A stretch of DNA of 64,000 nt from Dehalococcoidia bacterium (GTDB taxonomy: Bacteria > Chloroflexota > Dehalococcoidia > Bin125), in NCBI GenBank assembly GCA_965242565.1, contig OZ251457.1, positions 1,935,863 through 1,999,862 on the forward strand, given 5' to 3'. A program made the position numbers and the translations under genes. Below the pieces are notes generated by a model. That model saw only the letters and a program-made list of their open reading frames with translations. It was not told the DNA's origin and ran no database searches. The first letter of the stretch is position 1. Every line of letters starts with the position of its first letter. Of this stretch, positions 25,691 through 35,120 are shown one piece after another.

Positions 25691-26719
25691 ATGTCGATCA
25701 GCGATCGCGCCGGCCAGCGGGGCGCGCCCTCGGGGACCGTGGAGGCGACGCCATCGGTGATTGCGTGGGCGCTCGCCGAGTCCGGTATGGACGCGGCGGA
25801 ACTCGCGCGGCGCGTCGGCGTGTCGGAGGGCGAGATCGGCAGCTGGATCGCGGCGGAGAGTCGGCCGCGACGCAACGAGTTTCGCAGGCTCGCCCAAGCG
25901 GTAGGCCGCCCCGAGGCCGTGTTCTTTCTGCCGTCGCCGCCCGCGGAATCGGGCATTCCCCAACAGTTTTGTTCGCTCGGCAAACCGGACCCGATGCTGG
26001 ACCGCCGGTTAGTGCTTGAGATCCGCCGCGCGCGGCGAATTCAGGAGCTGATCAGCTGGATACGCAAGGATGCGGGCCAGCGTCCGGCCTGCTCGTCATC
26101 CTTGCCGCGCCTGCGCGTTGGCGAGGATATCCCAACGGCGGCGGCGGAGCTGCGCCGCTGGCTTGGCCTGCCCGCTGCCGCGCAGGACGACCCGCCCGGT
26201 GCGCCGAATGAGTTTCGCTCGCTGCGCGAGGCATTGGAGCGCAGCGGAGTGATCGTGATGCAACGGCGAGTGGGGGACGAGCAGATTCGGGGTTTCGCCG
26301 TCGCCGACGACCGGGCGCCGCTGATCGTCGTCAACCTCGCGGAAGCCTCACATAAGCGCGCACTCACCCTGATCCACGAGTTGGCTCATCTCGCGTCGGA
26401 ATCTGTTTCGGTCTGCGTTGCGCCGAGCGTCGATCCCGAGCTGCGCGATATCGAAGAATGGTGCGATCTCGTCGCCGCCGACGTCCTGTCGTCTTACAAC
26501 GCGGGAGAGCAGCTGACGACCTCCGGCGACTTGGCTCCGAACGGCGCGGCGGCGCGTCGCATCCACGAGTTCGGCGCGCCGGTCATACAGGTGCTCCATC
26601 ACGCTGAGCAACGGGATCGAATTACGCTCCACGATGTGTTCGATCACCTCGAACTCAACAGCGATGAATGGGACGATCTGCTAAGCGAACTCAAACAGCC
26701 GGAGCACCCGCTTGCCTGA
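25691..26719 (+). CDS. HTH (XRE-like) + ImmA/IrrE family zinc metallopeptidase (DUF955) fusion protein
   Basis: N-terminal HTH (MDAAELARRVGVSEGEIGSWIAAES). C-terminal HExxH (LTLIHELAHLASE). SD ggggaggag 7 nt upstream of ATG 25691. Confidence 0.7.
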   Translation: MSISDRAGQRGAPSGTVEATPSVIAWALAESGMDAAELARRVGVSEGEIGSWIAAESRPRRNEFRRLAQAVGRPEAVFFLPSPPAESGIPQQFCSLGKPDPMLDRRLVLEIRRARRIQELISWIRKDAGQRPACSSSLPRLRVGEDIPTAAAELRRWLGLPAAAQDDPPGAPNEFRSLREALERSGVIVMQRRVGDEQIRGFAVADDRAPLIVVNLAEASHKRALTLIHELAHLASESVSVCVAPSVDPELRDIEEWCDLVAADVLSSYNAGEQLTTSGDLAPNGAAARRIHEFGAPVIQVLHHAEQRDRITLHDVFDHLELNSDEWDDLLSELKQPEHPLA

Positions 26720-27224
26720 TGTCTGGATCTTCGACAGCTCGGGCATTATCGACATCCGCCGTGAGATCCCCGATACGCGAGCAGCCATCCGCCGCGAACT
26801 CCTCGCTCGGATGGCCGCGATGGTGGACGCGGAGGCGCTCTGCTTTCCCCATCAGGTGTACAGCGAACTGACTGCGCAACCGACGGACGACATCTTCGCA
26901 GTGTGGGCGAAACAGGTCCGCCGGGGCATCCGCCGCCACTACGCGCCGCCCGAATCGATAGTGCGCGAAGTGCTTGCGCGACAGCCGCTGCTCGCCGACG
27001 CGAGAAAGCAGACCGTGGACGCGGATCCCTACGTCGTTGCTCAGGCGCTCGCGATTCGGCGAGATGGGTCAAGCGTCGCAATCGTCACCCGGGACTACGT
27101 CGACAGGTTGCCGCACACAACCTCGATCGCAACCGCGTGCGACGATCCGGCAATCGCCGTTCCACACATGCGTTTGCCTGAGTTCTGCGACGCCATCGGC
27201 TTCGATCTGGCGCGCGATCCATAA
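26712..27224 (+). CDS. DUF4411-like (PIN-like) protein, partner of the ImmA/IrrE gene
   Basis: MPDVWIFDSSGIIDIRREIP... The start overlaps the upstream stop by 8 nt. DUF4411 genes classically follow HTH-ImmA genes. The call is from N-terminal pattern and context. Confidence 0.5.
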   Translation: MPDVWIFDSSGIIDIRREIPDTRAAIRRELLARMAAMVDAEALCFPHQVYSELTAQPTDDIFAVWAKQVRRGIRRHYAPPESIVREVLARQPLLADARKQTVDADPYVVAQALAIRRDGSSVAIVTRDYVDRLPHTTSIATACDDPAIAVPHMRLPEFCDAIGFDLARDP

Positions 27225-27289
27225 ACGCTCGATTACCGTCTAGCGCCCAGCTGACGTTGACCGCTGTGAAGCTGTCTGCCTGATCCGCA

Positions 27290-27545
27290 GCCACTCCTCC
27301 CCGTCATACCCGCTCCCACACCTCCGCCCTACTCGCTCCCACCTCCGTCATACCCGCGCTTGCCGCGGGTATCTCGACGCAAACAGCACCATCGTCGCGC
27401 CTCACCACCCCCTCCGCCATCCACGCCCTCGACCAAATCGGCGCGACGGAGAGTTGGGCGACGGAGGCGAAGCGCTGCGCGACAACATACCCTGACCACC
27501 CCCTGCCAAACCTGACCAAAGCCAACCACCTCTGACCAACGCGGC
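27290..27545. repeat. Repeat cluster (palindromic 'tccgtcatacccgcgcttgccgcgggtatctcgacgc' module plus 'aaacctgaccaa/ctctgaccaac' motifs)
   Basis: Same family as 6935-7085 and 3935-4080. Confidence 0.55.
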
Positions 27546-27591
27546 GACTACCTCGAACGCCCGTTCCCTGACATCCGCTACACTGTCCCCC

Positions 27592-30500
27592 ATGCCCGCC
27601 CACGAACACACCATCAACACCGCCCTCGGCGAGGTCCTCCAGGAACTCCGACCCACCAGCTGGAACGTGCGCGCTGAAGAACGCGGAACGCTCCGGAACA
27701 GCGCAAAGCGCCCCGACATCCTGATCCTCGAACCCGCCGGTTGGCCCGTCGTGATCGAAGCCGAGCGCGAGAACTACGCCAGCGCCGAGCAAGACGCCCG
27801 CGCCCGCCTCGGCGAAACCGCCACAGGAGCCAGCGGCCGCATCGAAAGCGCCATCGCGCTCGTCTACCCGCCCGATGTCCGCGAGCAGACGGGCGGCAGA
27901 GCGATTCGCGCCGCGCTGAGAGCGACGGACGCTCTCGAGTACGCCCTCTACAGCGCCACCTCCGTCGATGCCGTCGAGCGCCTCCCCGAATCCGGCTGGC
28001 TGCGCGGCAACGTGCGCGACCTGGCGATGCTCGCCCAGCGCGCCGCCATTCCCGCCCAGCGCGTTGAGCGCCTGGTCGACGCGCTCGAATCCGGTGTGAG
28101 CGCGGCGGCGGGCGAGTTCAACCGCCGGCACCGCTCGCACGGCGTCGGCATCGGGGGAGCCGTCGCCGAGGTGTTGGGCCAGAGCGACGACCAGGCCGGG
28201 CAGACCCGCCTGATGGCGATGACCGTACTGATCAACGCGCTGATCTTCCACGAGTCGCTGGCGCAGGCCGGGCTGGCGCTGGACGACGAGCGGACCGTCG
28301 CGCTCGCGCAGCAGTTCAACTCAACCGCGTCGGGCTTCGATCAGCAGGCGATCATCGCGGAGTGGCGGGCGATCCTGGAGGTCAACTACTGGCCGATCTT
28401 CGCGACCGCCGGCGAGATTCTCCAGCGGCTCCCAATCGCGACCGCGAACGCCGTGCTGCAACCGCTCTGGGAAGCCGCCCGGCAGCTGATCCGCGGCGGC
28501 GTGACCAAGTCGCACGACCTGACCGGCGTGATCTTCCAGCGGTTGATCGCCGATCGCAAGTTTCTCGCCACCTACTACACGCGCCCGGCCGCCGCCGCGC
28601 TGCTGGCCGGCTTGGCGCTGCATCCGCGCGGCGCCTCCGACGGCGCGGGCTGGGGCGACGCGGAGGCGGTCGCCGGTCTCCAGATCGGCGATTTCGCCTG
28701 CGGCACGGGCACGTTGCTGGCGGCCGCCTACCAGCGCGTCTCGCTGCTGCACGAGCTGCACGGCGGCGACCCGCAGGCGCTGCACGCGCCGATGATGCGC
28801 GACGGCCTGGTCGGGCTGGATGTGCTCAACATCGCCGTGCATCTGACCGCCACGATGCTGGCCGGCAGCCATCCCGACACGCCGTTCGACGGCGACTGTC
28901 TGCTCACCATGCCCTACGGCACGCAGAACGGCGACTCGGTCGCGATCGGCTCGCTCGACCTGTTGGCCGCGGAGACGCAGGGCAACCTGATCGACGCCGC
29001 GGTGGCGATGACGGCGGGCGGCCACGCGCCCAAGGAGGTGCCGGACCTCGTCTCGCGGCTCGGACACGGCAAGTTCGACCTGGTGATCATGAATCCGCCG
29101 TTCACCCGCTACACCGGCAACGAGGGCTTCAAGATCGGCGCGGGCAATCCGGCCTTCGGCGCGTTCGAGACGACCGAGCACGACCGCGACCGCATGCGCC
29201 GCGCGTTGCAGCGCTCGCGCGGCGCCGGCACCTTGGGCGGCGGCAACGCCGGGCTGGCGGCGGATTTCCTGGACCTCGCGCTGCGCAAGCTGACCGAGCG
29301 CGGCGCACTGGCGCTGGTGCTGCCGCTGAGTGCGCTCAGCGGGGTGGACTGGCAGGCCGCGCGCGCCGCGCTGCGCAATCAGTTCGACGAGCTGACGGTC
29401 GTCACCGTGGCGGGCGCGAAGTCGGACGACTCGTCGTTCTCCGCCGACACGGGCATGGCCGACTGCCTGATCGTCGCCGCGCGGAGCGGCGCGCAGGCTG
29501 ATCGGCCGCGCGCGGAGCGGGCGCGGTTCATCGTGCTGGACGCGCGGCCGGGCTCCGCGCAGGAAGGCGCGCTGCTGGCCGCCGAGATCCTGCGGGCCGG
29601 CGCGAACGGATCGGTCGCGCGGCTGGAAGACCCGACCAGCAGCACGACGCTGCGGCTCGGCGGCGCGGCCTACGGCTCGATCGTCGACGCGCCGCTGCCG
29701 GACGAAGGCGGTTGGCCGATCGCCGGCGTCGCCGACCTGCAGCTGGCGGCGGCCGCGCACAACCTCGCCGGCTCCGGCGCGTTCCCGCTGCTCTTCCACG
29801 GCGACGACGGTGTGCGCATTCCGGTCGCGCCGCTGGGCGCAATCGCCGAACGCGGTCCGTATCACATGGACATCAAGGGCAAGAACAGCGACGGCACGGC
29901 GCGCGGCCCGTTCAGCATCACCCGCCCGCCGCGCGTGCCTGTGCCAACCTACCCGGTGCTCTGGAGGCACGACGCAAAGCGCGAGCGCACCTTGCAGATC
30001 GAGCCGGACACGCAGGGCGAGGTGATCAACGGCGCGACCGATGAAGAGCGGGCCGCCATTCTGCGCAAGACGCCCGAAGTCTGGGCCAGCGCCACCCGCG
30101 CCCACTACAACCGCGATCTACGGTTCAACTCGCAATCGCTGATCGCCGCGATGACGGAGCGGAAGTGCATCGGCGGGCGCGGCTGGCCGTCCGTGATCTT
30201 CGCGGACACCGCGCACGAGTACGCATTCGCGCTCTGGTGCAACTCCTCGATCGGCTTGCTGATCCACTGGTGGGTCAGCAACAAGACGCAGGCGGGGCGG
30301 GGCTCTACGCCGATCACGAGCATCCCCGCCATCCCAACGCTCGATACCCGCGCGCTGACCGATGCGCAGCACGCCGCCGCCCGCGAAGCGTTCGAAGCGA
30401 TGCGCGAACTCCGCTTCCTCCCGTTCGACCAGATCGACGAGGACCCGGCCCGCGCGGAGCTGGACCGCCGCCTGCTCGTCGACGTCCTCGGCCTGCCAGC

Positions 30501-30642
30501 TTCCCTCTGCGAGGAGGACGGCCCCATTGACCTGCTCCGCCACAAGCTCGCCAGAGAACCCCAAATCCACGGCGGCAAGAAATCCCGCGTCGTCTTCACC
30601 GAAGACGGCGAGAAAACCGAGCGCCGCACCGACCGCGATTAG
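27592..30642 (+). CDS. Fused restriction-modification enzyme, type IIG/IIL-like (N-terminal PD-(D/E)xK-like nuclease + gamma-class N6-adenine methyltransferase + C-terminal putative TRD)
   Basis: N-terminus RPDILILEPAGWPVVIEAERE (D...ExE/K-like). MTase motif I DFACGTGTLLAAAYQ precedes motif IV LVIMNPPFTRY (gamma order, as in MmeI/Eco57I-type enzymes). 1016 aa; no separate S or R gene nearby. Confidence 0.6.
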   Translation: MPAHEHTINTALGEVLQELRPTSWNVRAEERGTLRNSAKRPDILILEPAGWPVVIEAERENYASAEQDARARLGETATGASGRIESAIALVYPPDVREQTGGRAIRAALRATDALEYALYSATSVDAVERLPESGWLRGNVRDLAMLAQRAAIPAQRVERLVDALESGVSAAAGEFNRRHRSHGVGIGGAVAEVLGQSDDQAGQTRLMAMTVLINALIFHESLAQAGLALDDERTVALAQQFNSTASGFDQQAIIAEWRAILEVNYWPIFATAGEILQRLPIATANAVLQPLWEAARQLIRGGVTKSHDLTGVIFQRLIADRKFLATYYTRPAAAALLAGLALHPRGASDGAGWGDAEAVAGLQIGDFACGTGTLLAAAYQRVSLLHELHGGDPQALHAPMMRDGLVGLDVLNIAVHLTATMLAGSHPDTPFDGDCLLTMPYGTQNGDSVAIGSLDLLAAETQGNLIDAAVAMTAGGHAPKEVPDLVSRLGHGKFDLVIMNPPFTRYTGNEGFKIGAGNPAFGAFETTEHDRDRMRRALQRSRGAGTLGGGNAGLAADFLDLALRKLTERGALALVLPLSALSGVDWQAARAALRNQFDELTVVTVAGAKSDDSSFSADTGMADCLIVAARSGAQADRPRAERARFIVLDARPGSAQEGALLAAEILRAGANGSVARLEDPTSSTTLRLGGAAYGSIVDAPLPDEGGWPIAGVADLQLAAAAHNLAGSGAFPLLFHGDDGVRIPVAPLGAIAERGPYHMDIKGKNSDGTARGPFSITRPPRVPVPTYPVLWRHDAKRERTLQIEPDTQGEVINGATDEERAAILRKTPEVWASATRAHYNRDLRFNSQSLIAAMTERKCIGGRGWPSVIFADTAHEYAFALWCNSSIGLLIHWWVSNKTQAGRGSTPITSIPAIPTLDTRALTDAQHAAAREAFEAMRELRFLPFDQIDEDPARAELDRRLLVDVLGLPASLCEEDGPIDLLRHKLAREPQIHGGKKSRVVFTEDGEKTERRTDRD

Positions 30643-31868
30643 CGCGCTGCGTCACCCACAATCGGCGCGCCCGCCTGAATGACACAGGTCGGCGCGTCCA
30701 GCGCCCGGATATCCGCCGCAGGATTCCCCGCAAACGCCGCCAGGTCCGCAGTCTTGCCCCGCGCGATCGCCCCAACCTCGCCGCCGATCCCCAACGCCTC
30801 CGCCGTCTGCGCCGTCATCAGCCGAATCGCCTCCCACTCCGACAGGCCGACCTGCTCCACGAACGCCCAGGCCTCCGCCGTGGCGCGGTCGAAATCGGCG
30901 TAGGCCATCCCCATATCGAGGCCCGATGTGAAGCGCGCGCCCCGCGCGTACATATCGCGCAGCATCTCCAGCCGTTGCTCGCGCGGCGGCGCTTTGCCGC
31001 GCATCGAAGGGTTGCGGCGCGGCGATGCGTCGCCCCGCGCCCGCGCCTCCGCCGCGACCAGCCCCAAGCCGATCGTCGGATTGACCCAGACGCCCTCATC
31101 CACAATCCGCTCGGTCAGCTGCGGGTCGTAGTCGTAACCCCCGTCCGGATCCTCGTCCAGCCAGCTGCAATGGATCAGGTGGCGCACGCCGGCTTCAACC
31201 GCCGCGCGGATGCCGACCGTCGCGTGCGCGTGCGCCGCCACATCGAGCCCGGCCGCGTCGGCGGTCTCCACGATCCGCGCCAGTACTTCGGCCGGGTATT
31301 GCAGCGAGCGCGGGCTGGAGCTCGGCGTGAAGTTGCCGCCGCTGGCCATCACCTTGATCAGGTCCGCGCCCTCGTCGATGTGACGTCGCGCCATCGCCGC
31401 GACCTGCTCCGGGCTGTCCGCCTCGCCGCCCCAGAACCAGCAGTGGTCGCGCGTGCGCGTGATCGGCGCGCCCGCCGCCAGCAGCCGCGGCCCGGGGATC
31501 GTTCCGTCGGCGATCGCCTCGCGGATCGCGAACGCCACCTCGTTGCGCGCGCCAAGGTCGCGCATCGTCGTCACCCCGCTGCGCAGCGCCTGGCCGACCG
31601 CTGCCGCCGCGCGCAGCAGCCCCCGCTGCAACGGCTCCTCGCTGATGATGTCGAACGCATCGACGCGCGGCGGGCAGGGAATGTGCGAGTGCGCCTCGAT
31701 CAGCCCCGGCAGCAGCGACACATCGCCGAGGTTGGTTGTCCGCTCCGCCGGCGCCCGCTCCGCCGGCAGCACATCGCGGATCCGCCCGTCCTCAACCGCC
31801 ACTGCGTGGTCCGGCAGCCAGCCGTCCAGCCGCGCATTGGCAACCCGCGCCGCCCGCCAAAAGCGCAT
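30639..31868 (-). CDS. Amidohydrolase family metal-dependent hydrolase
   Basis: GLIEAHSHI (HxH metal site), ...HAHATVG..., and the aspartate-containing C-terminal region of the amidohydrolase fold. Confidence 0.7.
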   Translation of the reverse strand: MRFWRAARVANARLDGWLPDHAVAVEDGRIRDVLPAERAPAERTTNLGDVSLLPGLIEAHSHIPCPPRVDAFDIISEEPLQRGLLRAAAAVGQALRSGVTTMRDLGARNEVAFAIREAIADGTIPGPRLLAAGAPITRTRDHCWFWGGEADSPEQVAAMARRHIDEGADLIKVMASGGNFTPSSSPRSLQYPAEVLARIVETADAAGLDVAAHAHATVGIRAAVEAGVRHLIHCSWLDEDPDGGYDYDPQLTERIVDEGVWVNPTIGLGLVAAEARARGDASPRRNPSMRGKAPPREQRLEMLRDMYARGARFTSGLDMGMAYADFDRATAEAWAFVEQVGLSEWEAIRLMTAQTAEALGIGGEVGAIARGKTADLAAFAGNPAADIRALDAPTCVIQAGAPIVGDAAR

Positions 31869-31871
31869 CGC

Positions 31872-32639
31872 CTATTGCGCCCGCCACTCGGCGCGGCGCT
31901 TCTCGCGGAACGCCGCCGGGCCTTCTTTGGCGTCCGACGTCTCACGCGCCACCCGCCGCATCGTCTCGCCGAAGCGGATCGCCTGCACGAACGGCAGCTC
32001 CTGTCCGCGGTGCGCCACCTCCTTGGTCGCCCGCACCGCCAGCGGCGCGCCCTTGCAGAGCCGCTCGGCCAGCGCCCGCGCCTCATCCATCAGCCGCTCA
32101 TGCTCGACGACCGCCCAGACCAGCCCCATCTCCTTCGCCCGCTGCGCGTTCACCCGGTCGCCGATCAGCAGCAGCTCCATCGCGTGATGCCAGGCGACCT
32201 TCTTGGGCATCCGAATCGCGCCCTGGATGGTCGGCACGCCGATCTGCACCTCGGGGAAGCCGAACTCCGCGCGGTCGCTGGCGATCGCGAAGTCGCAGGC
32301 CGCGACCAGCGTCAGCGCGAAACCGAGCGCGTAGCCGTTGACCGCCGCGATGGTCGGCTTCCAGATTTCCATCCCGCTTTCCAGCGAGGTCAGCGAGGGC
32401 ACCTCCCAGAACGTGTGCTCTTCCGGCGGCGCCGGGCTGCGCAGGTCCGCGCCCGCCGAGAACGCGCGCCCCGCGCCGGTCACGATCGCCACCCAGGCGT
32501 CGTCGTCCTCGCGGAAGGCGCTCCAGGCCGCGTTGAGGTCCTCACGCAGCTCGTGGTTGATCGCGTTTAGCGCCTCGGGCCGGTTGTAGGTGATCGTGGC
32601 GATGCGTCCATCGCGCTCATAAAGGGCAGTGTCGGTCAT
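31872..32639 (-). CDS. Enoyl-CoA hydratase/isomerase (crotonase) family protein
   Basis: MTDTALYERDGRIATITYNRPEALNAINHELREDL...TGAGRAFSAGADL. Start at ATG 32639 rather than the ORF-track 32723. Confidence 0.8.
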   Translation of the reverse strand: MTDTALYERDGRIATITYNRPEALNAINHELREDLNAAWSAFREDDDAWVAIVTGAGRAFSAGADLRSPAPPEEHTFWEVPSLTSLESGMEIWKPTIAAVNGYALGFALTLVAACDFAIASDRAEFGFPEVQIGVPTIQGAIRMPKKVAWHHAMELLLIGDRVNAQRAKEMGLVWAVVEHERLMDEARALAERLCKGAPLAVRATKEVAHRGQELPFVQAIRFGETMRRVARETSDAKEGPAAFREKRRAEWRAQ

Positions 32640-32700
32640 GCGCGCCTCTCTGCGACAATCGGGGGTTGCCCGCACGATACCGCCCCACCAGAAGCGCCGC

Positions 32701-33861
32701 TCAGAGCGGCTCCGTCCCTTCACTCAGGATGTCCAGATACTCGCCGTAAGCGAAGAGCCGATTGCGGCGCTGGCCTGTGATCTCGCGCACAATGCCGAGC
32801 TCGGCGAGCAGCGCGGTCGCAACAGTGATGGTCGATGCAGCGATGCCTGCGTCCTCTTGAATCGCGGATGCGGAGAGAACGGGGCGTCGTATCAATGCAT
32901 CATGCACCCGCAGCGCCGCCATCGCGCGGCGTCCGGTCTGTTCGATCCGGCTGCGATCAGTGGCGAAGAGCGTCGAGAGTCGACGCGCGCTGCGCACTCC
33001 GTCTTCAGCGGTGATGCGTACGCCCCGGATGAAGAACTCGAGCCAACTCTCCCAATCTCCCAGGGTGCGCAGCTGGCTCAGATGATCGTAGTAGCGAGAT
33101 CGGAGTTCCTTGAAGTAGAGACTGAGGTAGAGGATCGGATCACTGAGGATGCCCGCATCGTGCAGCATCAGCACGATTAGGAGACGCCCGACCCGGCCGT
33201 TGCCGTCGAGGAACGGGTGGATGCTCTCAAACTGCGCGTGGACCAGGCCGGCGCGAACGAGCGCTGGTATACCGTCGTGCGTGTCGTGAATGAAGCGCTC
33301 GAGCGCAGCCATGCAGTCTTCGACTTCCGAGGCCGGCGGCGGCACATAGACAGCACGGCTCGGCCGTGGGCCGCCGATCCAGTTCTGCGAACGACGGAAT
33401 TCCCCCGGCAGCTTCTCGCTGCCCCGACCGGAGCGCAGAAGCACGCGATGCATCTCGCGGATCAGGCGATTGCTCAACGGCAGCCCCTCACGGAGAAGAC
33501 GCCGACCGTGCTCGAGCGCTGCGACGTAGTTGGACACCTCCGTCACATCGTCGATCTGCGCTTCCGGCGTGTGCCCAAGCTCGAACTGGAGGAAGTCGGT
33601 GAGCGACGACTGTGTGCCTTCGATCTGTGAAGAGAGGAGCGCTTCCCGACGCACGTAGGCGTAGAGGAAAAGGTCGCTGTTCGGCAGCTGCCGGGATTCT
33701 GCGTCGAGTCGTCCAAGCGCCACATGCGCCGCCTCCAGGGATTGCAGAAGCCAGTCGAACTCAAGCGGTGGATCCGGCGGCAGCGGTGGTGGAACGAACG
33801 CTCGCACCGTCTCGTCGGCGAAGGTCGTGACGACGTAACGACCCTTGTTCTCGCGTCGCAT
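32701..33861 (-). CDS. Fic family protein (canonical HPFxDGNGRxxR motif) with C-terminal winged-helix
   Basis: HPFLDGNGRVGRLLIVLML is the Fic active-site motif. N-terminal Fic_N-like region (LSSQIEGTQSSLTDFLQFE). Start ATG 33861 (MRRENKGRYVVT...). Confidence 0.75.
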   Translation of the reverse strand: MRRENKGRYVVTTFADETVRAFVPPPLPPDPPLEFDWLLQSLEAAHVALGRLDAESRQLPNSDLFLYAYVRREALLSSQIEGTQSSLTDFLQFELGHTPEAQIDDVTEVSNYVAALEHGRRLLREGLPLSNRLIREMHRVLLRSGRGSEKLPGEFRRSQNWIGGPRPSRAVYVPPPASEVEDCMAALERFIHDTHDGIPALVRAGLVHAQFESIHPFLDGNGRVGRLLIVLMLHDAGILSDPILYLSLYFKELRSRYYDHLSQLRTLGDWESWLEFFIRGVRITAEDGVRSARRLSTLFATDRSRIEQTGRRAMAALRVHDALIRRPVLSASAIQEDAGIAASTITVATALLAELGIVREITGQRRNRLFAYGEYLDILSEGTEPL

Positions 33862-33879
33862 GGCTGATTGCCTCTTTCG

Positions 33880-34060
33880 CGCGAACTTGGAATAGCGGGC
33901 CGCGCTATTTCGCCTACGTCGTGATCTTAGAATAGCACCACGGATTCGTAGGTCGCTATGAAAGAACTTGGAACAACGCGGAACAATGCCGCCCGCTGTT
34001 CCAAGTTTGTCACGTACTTGGAACAGCGGGCGGCATTGTTTTGAGTTGCGAACCTGGCGA
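33880..34060. promoter_or_regulatory. Operator-like repeats upstream of Fic gene
   Basis: '(g)aacttggaa(c/t)agcgggc' appears at 33884 and 34012. Inverted repeat 'cttggaaca-N21-tgttccaag' at 33960-34005. Confidence 0.35.
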
Positions 34061-34149
34061 CCTGTAGACGCCCTTGCTGGTCTGTAGAGCTGCCACGTTG
34101 GGCTACCTATGCCCTCGGTGTGGCAAGGCAACGGATGCGTTGCGCCCCA

Positions 34150-35037
34150 TCACGACACCTGCAGCGCCCCCAGATGCTCCGCCGCGAACTGCTGGAGCAG
34201 CGTCTCCGGATCCGGTGCCGCCGGGTGCAGATTGACGATCGCGTGGTCGAAGCCCAGCGCACGCATCTCGCCCAGACGCTCCGCCGCCTCGCCCAGCCGC
34301 CCCTCCTCCAGCGCCGCGATCCGGTTGATCCCCAGCCGCAGCGCCCCGGCGTCGCGCCCCGCGTCCGACGCCGCCTGACGCACCCGATCCCAGTCCGTCG
34401 CCAGCGTGTCGAGCATCGCCGGGTTGGCCAGATAGCCGTCGGCCAGCCGTCCGGCGCGGTCCAGCTGGCGCGGGTGGTTGCCGCCCAGCCAGATCGGCAC
34501 CCGCCGCGGCGGCTGCGGGCGGCTGTACCAGCCCTCGGTGTCGTAAAACTCCCCGCGGAACGAGCCCACCTCGTTCTCCCACAGGTCGCGCAGCACCGCC
34601 AGATACTCGTCCATCCGCGCCCCGCGACGGTCGAACGGCATCGAGAGTGCCTCGAACTCCTCCTTCCACCAGCCCACGCCCGCGCCCAGAATCACCCGCC
34701 CGCCGGCCAGATGATCGAGCGTCGCGATCAGCTTCGCGTGCAGCACCGGCGCTCGCATCGGCAGCACCAGCACCGCCGTGCCCAGCTCGACCCGCTCGGT
34801 CACCGCCGCCGCGTAGGTCAGCAGGGTCAGCGGCTCCAGGAACGCGCTGTCGGCCGGCACCAGAAAGCGCCCGTCCTCGCTGTAAGGGTAGTCGGAGCCC
34901 TGATCCGGCCGCAGCACCACGTGATCAAATGCCCAGAGCGAGTCGAAGCCCGCCGCCTCGACCGCGCGCGCCACCCGCACCACCTGCTGCGCCGTCGCCG
35001 CCGGACCGACCTGCGGAACGTAGACACCGACTTTCAT
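34150..35037 (-). CDS. LLM-class (luciferase-like) F420/flavin-dependent oxidoreductase
   Basis: MKVGVYVPQVGP...GFDSLWAFDHVV...ILGAGVGWWKEEFEALSMPFDRRGARMDEYL is a typical LLM-family pattern. Start at 35037. Confidence 0.7.
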   Translation of the reverse strand: MKVGVYVPQVGPAATAQQVVRVARAVEAAGFDSLWAFDHVVLRPDQGSDYPYSEDGRFLVPADSAFLEPLTLLTYAAAVTERVELGTAVLVLPMRAPVLHAKLIATLDHLAGGRVILGAGVGWWKEEFEALSMPFDRRGARMDEYLAVLRDLWENEVGSFRGEFYDTEGWYSRPQPPRRVPIWLGGNHPRQLDRAGRLADGYLANPAMLDTLATDWDRVRQAASDAGRDAGALRLGINRIAALEEGRLGEAAERLGEMRALGFDHAIVNLHPAAPDPETLLQQFAAEHLGALQVS

Positions 35038-35120
35038 TTCAGCCCTCCTCCGCTGCGCGGGCGGTAGCATCGCCCGATGCACCGCAGTATCGCGCACGCG
35101 CCGGCCCGCTGGTGAGCGGC

